The notes beneath the pieces are model-generated. The model saw nothing but the letters and a program-made list of their open reading frames with translations, made no database searches and was not told the DNA's origin. From IMG/VR virus record IMGVR_UViG_3300030104_002782, positions 260 through 64,259 of that record: a DNA stretch of 64,000 nt. One strand, given 5' to 3'. Positions 1 to 8,587 of the stretch are shown here, piece after piece. Positions within the stretch are counted from its first letter, which is position 1, and every line of letters begins with the position of its first letter. The position numbers were made by a program, and so were the translations under genes. Source of the stretch: a virus. Taxonomy: Duplodnaviria > Caudoviricetes.

Positions 1-80
1 TGGTTTACCACTTCTATACTTCCATCTAGAAGTCTATGGACTTCTAATTCTGCTTCGCAGTAAGGGCATCTAATTGTCAT
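1..80 (-). CDS. Small CPxC-containing protein, truncated by the window edge
   Basis: Manual translation from ATG at 80 gives MTIRCPYCEAELEVHRLLDGSIEVVN...; preceded by a GGAGATGA RBS; not in the ORF track. Confidence 0.6.
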   Translation of the reverse strand, partial: MTIRCPYCEAELEVHRLLDGSIEVVN

Positions 81-102
81 TCTATCATCTCCTAAACTTC
101 GT

Positions 103-678
103 TTATTTCCTCATAGGTTTTGCATTACTATAATCAGAATCGTAGATTCTAATTACTCTCTTCGAGTATTCTTCATCAGATAAATCTGATGCTTCGATGT
201 TAGAATCCCACTCGCCTTCTGTAAGAAGGCAAGAATCATCGTCACCGATAGCATCGTAAGATGAATACAATTCACCAGCCAGAACCTTTAGGTTCTGTTC
301 ATCCCATTGGTTGAAATCCCATAGGATTTCCTCAAAGTCTACATTAGCAAGGTCAAAGACCTTGTCAAAGTATTCTCCCCAATCTTGGCCGAAGGCCAAG
401 AAGAACCCTAATTCTAGACCTGTAAGGTCTATACCGAACCTTTCAATCCATTCCTCCAAATCTTCGTAGAAGATTTGATACAATTTTACCGGCATCTCGA
501 AGTCATAAATGACTTCGTTAATCTTGGCTATCATATAGCCAATCAATTCTTCTCTATCAGAGCCGAAGGCTCTGACTCTATTCAAGTCCATAGACTTGAA
601 TACCACTTGGTATTCTATATCCCAATCATCTAAAGATGATTGCGATAATTTGTCATACAAATTATTTTCTATTTCCAT
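103..678 (-). CDS. Highly acidic hypothetical protein
   Basis: 191-aa ORF with GGAGAG RBS; about 46 D/E versus about 16 K/R by manual count. Confidence 0.75.
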   Translation of the reverse strand: MEIENNLYDKLSQSSLDDWDIEYQVVFKSMDLNRVRAFGSDREELIGYMIAKINEVIYDFEMPVKLYQIFYEDLEEWIERFGIDLTGLELGFFLAFGQDWGEYFDKVFDLANVDFEEILWDFNQWDEQNLKVLAGELYSSYDAIGDDDSCLLTEGEWDSNIEASDLSDEEYSKRVIRIYDSDYSNAKPMRK

Positions 679-710
679 TTCAATTCTCTCCTAAATCTCC
701 GATTTACTTT

Positions 711-1667
711 TCATTGGTTGAAGAATACATTTTGCTTCGCAAAGTTTCGATGCCATTCAGTAGTTGCTTCGCAAATATCAACTAGACTGTAACTTAAAGA
801 AATCTCGATTTCTTTACCGACATGGTCTTTCAAGGTAAAACCTTGACTAAACTTGTAGACAGAGTCTACAAGAAATGCTCTGCATCCTTGGAAATCTTCG
901 ATTGTAGCCCAATCTTCGTCTTCATCGAAGATGTCTTCTAGATATTTCCATGTTTCATAGAAACATGCTTCAGCATCACCGTCAAACTGTAAGCCGAAGG
1001 CTTGAAGGAAATCTGCTATTACTAAATTGTTCCAATTTAGACCCAATCCTTCTAGGATTGAACGAAGGTCAAGAAGGAAAGCCGAAGGCTTTAGATAGCC
1101 GTAGAAATCTCCGATTTCGTAGTCATATTTTAGAAGGCTAGAGCCTTCTTTGATTCGGTAAGGAAGTATACCAACGGAGTTGGTATGTTCTTTGATTCTC
1201 TCGACTAAGTCGAGTAAATCTTCCGGAGGAAGACACATCTTCTTGACTAGGTCAAGAAGTCTTTGTTCTTCTTTCTTGGCTTCCAAGACTCTGTCTTGTC
1301 CTTCCAGAATATACTCAAAGATGCTGACGAAGTCAGAGTCATCCAATTCTTCAAATCTGTCTTCGACAGCATTCAACCAAAAATCGGAGATTTTTGCGGA
1401 AATATCAACAATTTTTCTACCTTCTCCGAAGGTTATCCTCAAAGCCTTATGAAAGGCTTCGAGAGTTGGATAGAACAAATCAACATCTCCGATGTTGAAT
1501 ACCCTCTTTAGAGGGTAGTTGGGAATGATAAACTCGTTTATCATCTCCTCTTTGCTCTTAGCCAAGAAGTCTAGGACTTCTGGGGTTGGGTCGGTTTCTG
1601 CCTCTCCTTGGAGAGGGGTTTTGCTATGGTTTATACTATCTTTTATCATTAGTTTAACCTCCTTCAC
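711..1667 (-). CDS. Acidic hypothetical protein
   Basis: 318-aa ORF; GGAGGT RBS before the second Met; C-terminal half weakly resembles 103..678. Confidence 0.75.
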   Translation of the reverse strand: MKEVKLMIKDSINHSKTPLQGEAETDPTPEVLDFLAKSKEEMINEFIIPNYPLKRVFNIGDVDLFYPTLEAFHKALRITFGEGRKIVDISAKISDFWLNAVEDRFEELDDSDFVSIFEYILEGQDRVLEAKKEEQRLLDLVKKMCLPPEDLLDLVERIKEHTNSVGILPYRIKEGSSLLKYDYEIGDFYGYLKPSAFLLDLRSILEGLGLNWNNLVIADFLQAFGLQFDGDAEACFYETWKYLEDIFDEDEDWATIEDFQGCRAFLVDSVYKFSQGFTLKDHVGKEIEISLSYSLVDICEATTEWHRNFAKQNVFFNQ

Positions 1668-2370
1668 TTCGTTCAGGAGTTAAACAATGTAAAAGGTAGT
1701 AAACCTAGTATAAATCTACGATTTATACTGCCGGAACCAAATTATGCAATATGGTATACTGATACCATATTGCTTAATTCGCAAAAGATATTTTTTTGCC
1801 GAAAACCGATTGACTCGCAGCGTACACATGGCTCTCTTTCAAAGAGAGGTGGCCTTAATTCTTCCTCAAAACTTCTCCCTTACAGGGAGAAACTTTAGCA
1901 AAAACCAAACATCTTGCGAGGATGTGAAATCTAATCTGCGATTAGATTTTGCTAAAAGAAGAGATAGGATTCCCTAATTCCTATCTCTACTTTAACGCGA
2001 GAAGTTGGTTTTCCATTTAAGTGTAACTAGTTACACTTACTTTGAATGGTCGGCAAATCTTCCTTAATACGGTAATTTATCGGCTTTTAGTGCTGTTTTA
2101 TGTTGTCTTTAGACAACATACTTTCGGACTATGTCAAGATAACTTTTGTATTAGTTTTCTTTCCGGATTTTGGCTCTAGAGCCAACTATCACAAAGAGAA
2201 CATTATTTTCCTAGGAAAATAATTCTGATGGAGAAAAGCCGATTTATTGTGCGAACTAATCTCAAACGAGTTTGAGATTAGTTTCATATAATAAATAGCA
2301 AAAATTGTTAGAGAAAGTTGGCCCTTTATTAACAAAACGGAAAGGACTAGTCCTTTCCGGTCTAACTAAT

Positions 2371-2416
2371 AAAAAAAAAAAAGGGCCACTGACCCCCTTT
2401 AGGGGGTCAGTGGCCC
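2371..2416 (-). terminator. GC-rich hairpin followed by a T12 tract
   Basis: 16-bp stem GGGCCACTGACCCCCT/AGGGGGTCAGTGGCCC adjacent to A12 on the plus strand, just downstream of ORF 2439..2567. Confidence 0.7.
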
Positions 2417-2438
2417 AAAAGATTTGATTCCGAAGGAA

Positions 2439-2567
2439 TCAATATCCTTGTGCTTTAGCACAAGGAGGGCAGAGTCTTTCTGGGACTCCATCGTCTCCGA
2501 AGGAGACGACTACATCTTGGTTGTTCGTTGTTTTTTGGCAATTCCATTGACAGCATTTTTCTGACAT
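2439..2567 (-). CDS. 42-aa Cys-rich microprotein, possible zinc finger
   Basis: Manual translation MSEKCCQWNCQKTTNNQDVVVSFGDDGVPERLCPPCAKAQGY; AT-rich box about 20 nt upstream and terminator downstream. Confidence 0.55.
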   Translation of the reverse strand: MSEKCCQWNCQKTTNNQDVVVSFGDDGVPERLCPPCAKAQGY

Positions 2568-2648
2568 CAAAGGGTACTACGATGGTCTAATACTTAGAGT
2601 TTTGGTGTTTATGCTTCGTTGTTCCGTAGGAACAATGAAGCAAGGGGT

Positions 2649-2990
2649 TTTAGGGCCCCCTAAATCTCCGGATTTCCAGAACCGGACACCCTTATATCTT
2701 CGATATAAGGGTGATTTTCGGCAAACCAAAATAATTCTGTTACCCTATCTTCGATAGGGTAACAGGTAAAGGCTGGGATTTTCGATTTTTAGGGCCCCCT
2801 AAATCTTCTTCTCCTTTAGGAGGAGAAGAAGATTCTCAAGTCTATACCCCTATCTTCGATAGGGGTATAGGTTGAAAATCGGCAACTTTTTTTTTGAACC
2901 CCGTAGGGGTTCAATGAGGAGATTTAGGGCAACCTAAAACTTCAAATCGCAAAAATAATTCTGAGAGTAAACTCTCAGAATTATTTCAAG
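2649..2990. repeat. Three degenerate tandem units of about 137 bp
   Basis: TTTAGGGCCCCCTAAATCT at 2649 and 2788, TTTAGGGCAACCTAAAA at 2923; shared CGGCAA, AAAATAATTCTG and TATC-TTC-GATA hairpins. Confidence 0.75.
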
Positions 2991-3115
2991 CGTAACTAAC
3001 TAGAGGTAATTATACCATCTCCGATGGTATAATTACCGTAAAAAATCCTACAAAAATCCGAGAGTCGGTGAGCCGACTCTCGCCCAGCACCACGAGCAAT
3101 TTTTTAATTTTTTTT

Positions 3116-4618
3116 TCAGAAAAAAGTGACATACTTGCCACTACTCTTTCTAGTGGGCCTACCACCTTTCTGACTAGGCTTACCCCATTTATTCATATCT
3201 ACAGATGAACCCATCATGGGGATGTCTCCGGTTACATTCTTAAATTGGTCTACTGCATGAGCAAGGGCCATGACTATATCATTGTGCTTACCTTTGTCTA
3301 CTATGTCGCCATTTTTCCAAGCATGAGATTCTAATTCTAGCAAAAGTACACTGACTATCTTGCGAGTCTCATCATCTCCGTAAGGGAAAATAATTCTACC
3401 CTGCTCAAACCATGTCCTTAGTCTTGTCATTAGACCTTGCTTCAAAGTCTTATTGCTAACTTTGCTTTGCTTTACATTAACAGTAAGTCCCTTCTGTTTA
3501 AGTAGACTTTCGTAGAGATGTTGAAATCCAGCAGACTCGAATGCAAACAAAGGTTTGCTGTATTTATCATTCCATACTGCTATCTCATCTATCTGTTTAG
3601 CAGGGGGGAAATCGTTTTTTCGCCAGATGTTTACTAATCGCAAATTACCATCTTCGTCTTTTCGCATACAGACCATAACAGAGTAGTCTTGTCCTATACC
3701 GTGACTTGGGTCAAAACCTATGACATAGTCATTGTCATGTACTTTTTTATTTTCAAGTATACTGTGCATATCTAGATTCTTGCGAGTAAGTGTAGTGGGG
3801 AATACAGCAGAGTCATCATCTACTACTTTACAGAGATATTCTTGCGTAAATGCTAATTCGCCTATTGCATCTCTCTGCTCTAACAGAAACTCAATAGGTC
3901 TTTCTTCGGGCCATAGACATGTAGGTTCTACATTATCTGGGTCGCTGCGCCACTCATCATAATTTAAGATTGAACCTTTCACCCAAGTCTGCCACTTCTT
4001 ATTACTTAGCATCTCGGTATGATACAAATCATTCATTGACATAGGAGTGCCTACACAATATATCGAAGTACCGGGGGATAGCATAGGTGTTAGTTTTTTG
4101 CGAAACCATTGTTGAACATAATCATATGACATATCGTTCTGGTCATCTAGTACATCGTCTAATATAATAGCAGCCGGATGTTCTCCACGAATACCGCTAC
4201 CTACAGATGTTGCTTTTATCCATGAGCCATTTGTTAGATGCAATTCTAACTTGTTGCCTTTCTTTGGGTCAAGCATACGAGATAACTCTGGATGAGTTTT
4301 CAAATCTTGACGAATCTCTTCAAGACGATTAGCAGCCAAATCTTTGTTGCTTGAAAATAACCACATCTTTAGAGGCTTACCACGCCATCTTTCAAAAAGT
4401 AACATATGCAAGGCTTTAATTCTAAGAGTAGTAGATTTACTATGGTCTCTTGGTGCTATGATGCAGACTCTATGAACCTGTGCGTCACCTCTTTCACCAT
4501 ATAAGTCTAGCCATTCACCTATATGCTTGCCCCAATTATAACCTAGCCATTCATAGAAATGTCTGACATCATACTTAGACCTCTCAAGATGGAGGGCGGT
4601 CATAATTCTTGACGACAT
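3116..4618 (-). CDS. terL: Terminase large subunit
   Basis: Walker A-like APRDHSKST, Walker B IILDD, GTP coupling motif, RNase H-like IGFDPS and HNDIVMALAHA. Confidence 0.93.
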   Translation of the reverse strand: MSSRIMTALHLERSKYDVRHFYEWLGYNWGKHIGEWLDLYGERGDAQVHRVCIIAPRDHSKSTTLRIKALHMLLFERWRGKPLKMWLFSSNKDLAANRLEEIRQDLKTHPELSRMLDPKKGNKLELHLTNGSWIKATSVGSGIRGEHPAAIILDDVLDDQNDMSYDYVQQWFRKKLTPMLSPGTSIYCVGTPMSMNDLYHTEMLSNKKWQTWVKGSILNYDEWRSDPDNVEPTCLWPEERPIEFLLEQRDAIGELAFTQEYLCKVVDDDSAVFPTTLTRKNLDMHSILENKKVHDNDYVIGFDPSHGIGQDYSVMVCMRKDEDGNLRLVNIWRKNDFPPAKQIDEIAVWNDKYSKPLFAFESAGFQHLYESLLKQKGLTVNVKQSKVSNKTLKQGLMTRLRTWFEQGRIIFPYGDDETRKIVSVLLLELESHAWKNGDIVDKGKHNDIVMALAHAVDQFKNVTGDIPMMGSSVDMNKWGKPSQKGGRPTRKSSGKYVTFF

Positions 4619-4830
4619 TATTCCTCCTCCGTATTAAAGAAAAGTGGGAGACCTACCCACTCCGCTATACCAAGAGCAAGTTGCTCTGCTTCTGACCTAT
4701 CTATTACAATACCTACAATATACTCTTCACTAAAGATATTAAGAGCAATCAAGTTATCCGTCAATTCTGTTAATTGAGCGTCTTTTTCTTTAGAAGTCCA
4801 AATCTTCGCCATCTTCTTCATCTTCTCCAT
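4618..4830 (-). CDS. Small hypothetical protein
   Basis: ORF translationally coupled between the phosphoesterase and terL; true start probably MAKIW. Confidence 0.55.
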   Translation of the reverse strand: MEKMKKMAKIWTSKEKDAQLTELTDNLIALNIFSEEYIVGIVIDRSEAEQLALGIAEWVGLPLFFNTEEE

Positions 4831-6022
4831 TGAGTGCTTTCAGTGTCCTAAGACCATGCCTCAAATCAGAGAATGCTTGAATCTCTCTTGTGTGAGGGGA
4901 GAGGATAACAACAGGGCAAGTTGGTCTTTCACGAGGGAAACCGCACATCTCACCGAAGGTATCTACAATCTTATATGCGCCCGGTCTAACAGCCCAACGC
5001 TCAAGACTATGTTTAGTAAAGGGTGAAACAAGAGGCGTATGGTGATGTCCTACTACTCCTATATCGAAGTCTGCTTCGCCATCATCCCACATCTTCTTGA
5101 CAACACGACTTGGGTCTATCTGCGAATTACCTCTGCGCTTGTGTCTTACAGATATATGGTATGGCTGGTCGCCAATCCATAATCTGATGTTTAATTCGTG
5201 AGCATGGTAAAGTACCGACCTTTCTTCTGCAAGTCTCTTTAGAGGGTCATAGTCTGTCATGCTAGCAGTCCATAAATCGTGATTACCTGCAACAATAGCC
5301 ATAAGGGATGTTGGAGTCATGTCTAAGTAATGCTCACATAGTTTCCATTGAACAGAAGGGGGAATAGGTGCTTTCATAGCAGGTCTTGGTTTGTCTACAA
5401 TGAAGTTATCAATGTAGTCACCTGCATGTATAATAAAACAATTCTCTGTTCTTTCAACCATCTCCGTATCTAGACGAAGTCTTTCGTGGTCGCAGAAAGG
5501 ATTACCTATATGCTGGTCGCTTGCGAATGCTATTGCGATATATTTACCTTTATCAGCATTTACTCTAATATCAGCCCATCTATTATGCTCAACATTCTGA
5601 ATAGCAACTTTAGACTTTTCTTCTATTGCAGCCCATAAGTCGTCACCGCTACCAGCCGCTTTCTTTAGATGCTCTATTACAAAGTGTGGTTTTTCGGTTC
5701 TAGTAATAGCCCCATTCTCATATGCTTGTCTAACACGGTTTCGCCACGCTTCTACACTTATACCATTGTCTCTGCGGTATAACATACGGGCAAGAGACAT
5801 GACAGAGCCATCCCAGACCTTCGGAATAGCACTATTGTACCTCTCTTCTACATCTGGAAACAATTTAGGGTTATTTTCTTTCATTTTAGCAATAAATTGC
5901 GCCCAACCGCTATAAGAATGGTCTGGGTACTCATTTGCTAGCCATCTAGCATAGTGTGTAACTACACCATTGTATTTATCTAAGTTTTCTACGACAATCG
6001 CCTTGCGTTCCTCGGTTCGCAT
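4790..6022 (-). CDS. Calcineurin-like metallophosphoesterase with N-terminal helical domain
   Basis: Motifs SDQH, GDYID, GNHD, RH and GHHH; start placed at MRTEE behind a TTTAATAA box. Confidence 0.85.
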   Translation of the reverse strand: MRTEERKAIVVENLDKYNGVVTHYARWLANEYPDHSYSGWAQFIAKMKENNPKLFPDVEERYNSAIPKVWDGSVMSLARMLYRRDNGISVEAWRNRVRQAYENGAITRTEKPHFVIEHLKKAAGSGDDLWAAIEEKSKVAIQNVEHNRWADIRVNADKGKYIAIAFASDQHIGNPFCDHERLRLDTEMVERTENCFIIHAGDYIDNFIVDKPRPAMKAPIPPSVQWKLCEHYLDMTPTSLMAIVAGNHDLWTASMTDYDPLKRLAEERSVLYHAHELNIRLWIGDQPYHISVRHKRRGNSQIDPSRVVKKMWDDGEADFDIGVVGHHHTPLVSPFTKHSLERWAVRPGAYKIVDTFGEMCGFPRERPTCPVVILSPHTREIQAFSDLRHGLRTLKALNGEDEEDGEDLDF

Positions 6023-6091
6023 ACCAATACTACACACTTTTTACTTATTAAACCCTTCTCTAACTAATTATTTCTATTGTATTGAAAGATT

Positions 6092-6266
6092 TCAGAAAGA
6101 AATAACCGTTATACTGCGCCTCTGACCCATTTATTCTTTTTTTTTTCCATAGATTTAGAAATTATTGCCGCTTTTAGACCATTATTAGTATTATTATAAT
6201 TAAATCTAAAGAAATAAGAAAGAATTAAGGCTTTTTTAGAGCAGTATTTCGTTTATTTCTTTCTGA
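6092..6266. other. AT-rich long imperfect palindrome, candidate origin or regulatory element
   Basis: 26-bp inverted repeat at 6092-6117 and 6241-6266 with 3 mismatches, plus inner TAGATTTA/TAAATCTA repeat. Confidence 0.6.
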
Positions 6267-6448
6267 TTTCTTTCTCAGCCTAGAAATAAATAAAAATACG
6301 GCAACCCACCAAAGTATCTCAAGAAGAAGTAAAAAACCAGCATATTTGGCTAAAACTTCTAACATAATAAGAAATAAGCGTGAATGTTACATAAAAATGC
6401 TTATGGTTTACCCATTCATTGATAAATCATATAGTATGTAAACCCTTC

Positions 6449-7897
6449 ATGGCGCGAAAACCATTACTAGCCCGCATCTTCGGAACGGGCAATAAAAAGG
6501 AAGTTATATTGGATGCTGCGGAGGTAAATACTCTAAATCATAGCGTAACACATAGACACCCTCTAGTGTTAGCGGCTGGCATGTCAGACATTGTAGACGA
6601 ATCTAATAAATTAAGAGACAATAGCAATTACGATAATGATTTTTATCTCTTTGATGATATGCTAAAGTTAGACCCAGAGTTAAACGGTGCGGTTCGTGCC
6701 GTTAGCCTTACGGCTAACAATTATCATATAGATTACACTAGAGCCAAAAACGCTAGGATTAGAGATGCTATTAAACTACTTACAGAAGAAACTTTGGACT
6801 TTGACGATTTTTTAATTAATGGTATGAGAAATATGATGGTCTACGGAAATGACATAAACAAATATGTTGGTACTTCAAGAGAAGGCATTACTGAATTGCA
6901 GTCTCTACCTGTAGCGCAGATAACAATACTAGATTCAAGAGGTCTAAACGATACTACAGACGAAAATAACCCTGTGATTATAGCAGAAAGATATTTCCTA
7001 AGAGAAGGAGAGACTACAGTTGAAGAAATACCAGCAAATGAGATTCTTCACATAAAGACTGACTATAGGTCTAATTGGTTTACAGATAGTGAAGGAAGAG
7101 TTACTTATGGTATATGGGGTTCTTCAAGGTTTACATCACTTAAACAAGCCATTCGTGCTAAATATAATAGCATGAATAACCGTATATCTCTTGAAGATGC
7201 TATGACTAAGCAATACATAACTATTGACAAAAGTGCAATAGCGCACATACAAGACCCAAATGAACAAAGAGAAAGATTGAAGTTTATTATGGAACAGATT
7301 GTTGCCACACTTGAGTCTCTTAGAGGAGACCAAGTACCTATATTCCCAGATTATGTGACTATCCAGCACATAGACCAAAGAACCGCTATACCAGACACAA
7401 CATCTTTCTTAGACAATGTAAATGCTGATATTGCAGCAGTATTACAAGTGCCTAGAACGGCTGCCGGTCAAGAGAAAGGTAGTACCTTTGCTGCATCCTA
7501 TACTGCTAACCAATGGTCTACTACTGCGATTAAAAGAATGCTAAGTATTCTAAATCAATCAATAAGGGCTTTGTTTTCAAAGCATCTTGAGTTATTGAAG
7601 ATAGACCATACAATATCAGACTTGCCTAGGGTTGTCTTTGAACCAATTGACGAAGAATCCCCTCTAGACAAGATGCGTAGAGCAAATATGGGCTACAGTG
7701 CTGGTATTCTAAATCTAAATCAATCTTTAGACATTGTAGGTCTCCCAGAATTAGGAGAAGAAGGAGATGTCAGAAAGGATGGTTCTTCTAGCGAACCTAT
7801 GGGTGAAATGCCTCGTGATGGCGAGAGAGTTAATAATAAACCGACAAATGAGGATGAACCTATAGATGAGGCGGAAAATGATGAACCAAGCGAGTGA
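6449..7897 (+). CDS. Portal protein
   Basis: First gene of the head module, about 480 aa, portal-like segments (MMVYGND, EILHIK, IAAVLQVP), acidic tail. Confidence 0.8.
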   Translation: MARKPLLARIFGTGNKKEVILDAAEVNTLNHSVTHRHPLVLAAGMSDIVDESNKLRDNSNYDNDFYLFDDMLKLDPELNGAVRAVSLTANNYHIDYTRAKNARIRDAIKLLTEETLDFDDFLINGMRNMMVYGNDINKYVGTSREGITELQSLPVAQITILDSRGLNDTTDENNPVIIAERYFLREGETTVEEIPANEILHIKTDYRSNWFTDSEGRVTYGIWGSSRFTSLKQAIRAKYNSMNNRISLEDAMTKQYITIDKSAIAHIQDPNEQRERLKFIMEQIVATLESLRGDQVPIFPDYVTIQHIDQRTAIPDTTSFLDNVNADIAAVLQVPRTAAGQEKGSTFAASYTANQWSTTAIKRMLSILNQSIRALFSKHLELLKIDHTISDLPRVVFEPIDEESPLDKMRRANMGYSAGILNLNQSLDIVGLPELGEEGDVRKDGSSSEPMGEMPRDGERVNNKPTNEDEPIDEAENDEPSE

Positions 7898-8129
7898 TGT
7901 TGTAGGTTTTAGGTTAGATGCCGTAGAAGAAGATGTACGGGATTTGAAAGCACTTACTGTAAAAATTGTAGAAGCGCAGACTAGAACGGATGCTCGTCTT
8001 GCAGGTCTAGAAGGCCAACTTAGAATACAGAACGATGTTCTAAAACAAGGTTTCAAATTAATGCAGAGAGTCATTATGGCGGGAATAGGTATAATTAGTA
8101 TAGTTGTAACCGGAACACAAGTGATGTAA
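7866..8129 (+). CDS. Coiled-coil protein with C-terminal TM helix (XhlA/holin-like architecture)
   Basis: Heptad pattern followed by VIMAGIGIISIVVTG. Confidence 0.6.
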   Translation: MRRKMMNQASDVVGFRLDAVEEDVRDLKALTVKIVEAQTRTDARLAGLEGQLRIQNDVLKQGFKLMQRVIMAGIGIISIVVTGTQVM

Positions 8130-8131
8130 TT

Positions 8132-8587
8132 ATGATGTTCATAATGATACATAGTCACGAAGATTTAGAGTATTATTGGGGTTCTAAATTACTAAGGGCT
8201 AGCGAAAAAGGCTACCCAGCCATATATGATGAAGGTCTGTATTGGGTAATGTTCAAAGACCAACTGCCTGTAGCATATACTACATCTATTGATTGTGAAG
8301 ATTTTGTTTTTGTTGGAAATACCTATGTGCGAGAAGAATATCGCAAACAAGGTCTACATTCGCAATTATTAGAATATAGAAATGAAAAATTAGGAAATAT
8401 CACTAAACTAACAATAGTTAATCCTATAGAAAACTCTAAGATGGAACATTTAGTAAAGGTTATTAAACGATTAGGGTATAAAAAGGTTCAAAAGTTATCC
8501 GATGTATCAGATTTATTGTCGGACACTAGTTTCTATGGAATTGACACTGAGAAACAAGAAGTTTGGAGGTTAGATTATGAAGAATAA
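8132..8587 (+). CDS. GNAT-family acetyltransferase
   Basis: Acetyl-CoA motif A YVREEYRKQGLHSQLL and C-terminal RLGY. Confidence 0.75.
   Translation: MMFIMIHSHEDLEYYWGSKLLRASEKGYPAIYDEGLYWVMFKDQLPVAYTTSIDCEDFVFVGNTYVREEYRKQGLHSQLLEYRNEKLGNITKLTIVNPIENSKMEHLVKVIKRLGYKKVQKLSDVSDLLSDTSFYGIDTEKQEVWRLDYEE

Larger units (their letters stand above)
1707..3080. repeat. Dense array of more than 20 short inverted repeats (hairpin/cruciform-forming)
   Basis: Examples: 1707-1729 AGTATAAATC-TAC-GATTTATACT; 1746-1773; 1927-1949; 2018-2039 (22-bp perfect palindrome); 2202-2223; 2254-2283; 2338-2359; 2687-2713; 2737-2765; 3005-3037; 3061-3080. Confidence 0.95.

Noticed and set aside
1744-1977. 77-aa plus-strand ORF
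   Set aside because: Runs through stacked palindromes, has no RBS and is opposite to the local gene orientation.
1700-3100. CRISPR or mini-CRISPR array
   Set aside because: No constant direct repeat separated by equal-length spacers; the repeats are inverted and mostly unique.
1700-3100. A single large structured ncRNA or tRNA cluster
   Set aside because: Stems are mostly perfect with 0-4 nt loops in both orientations, G-U pairs are rare and I saw no cloverleaf; not fully excluded without expression data.
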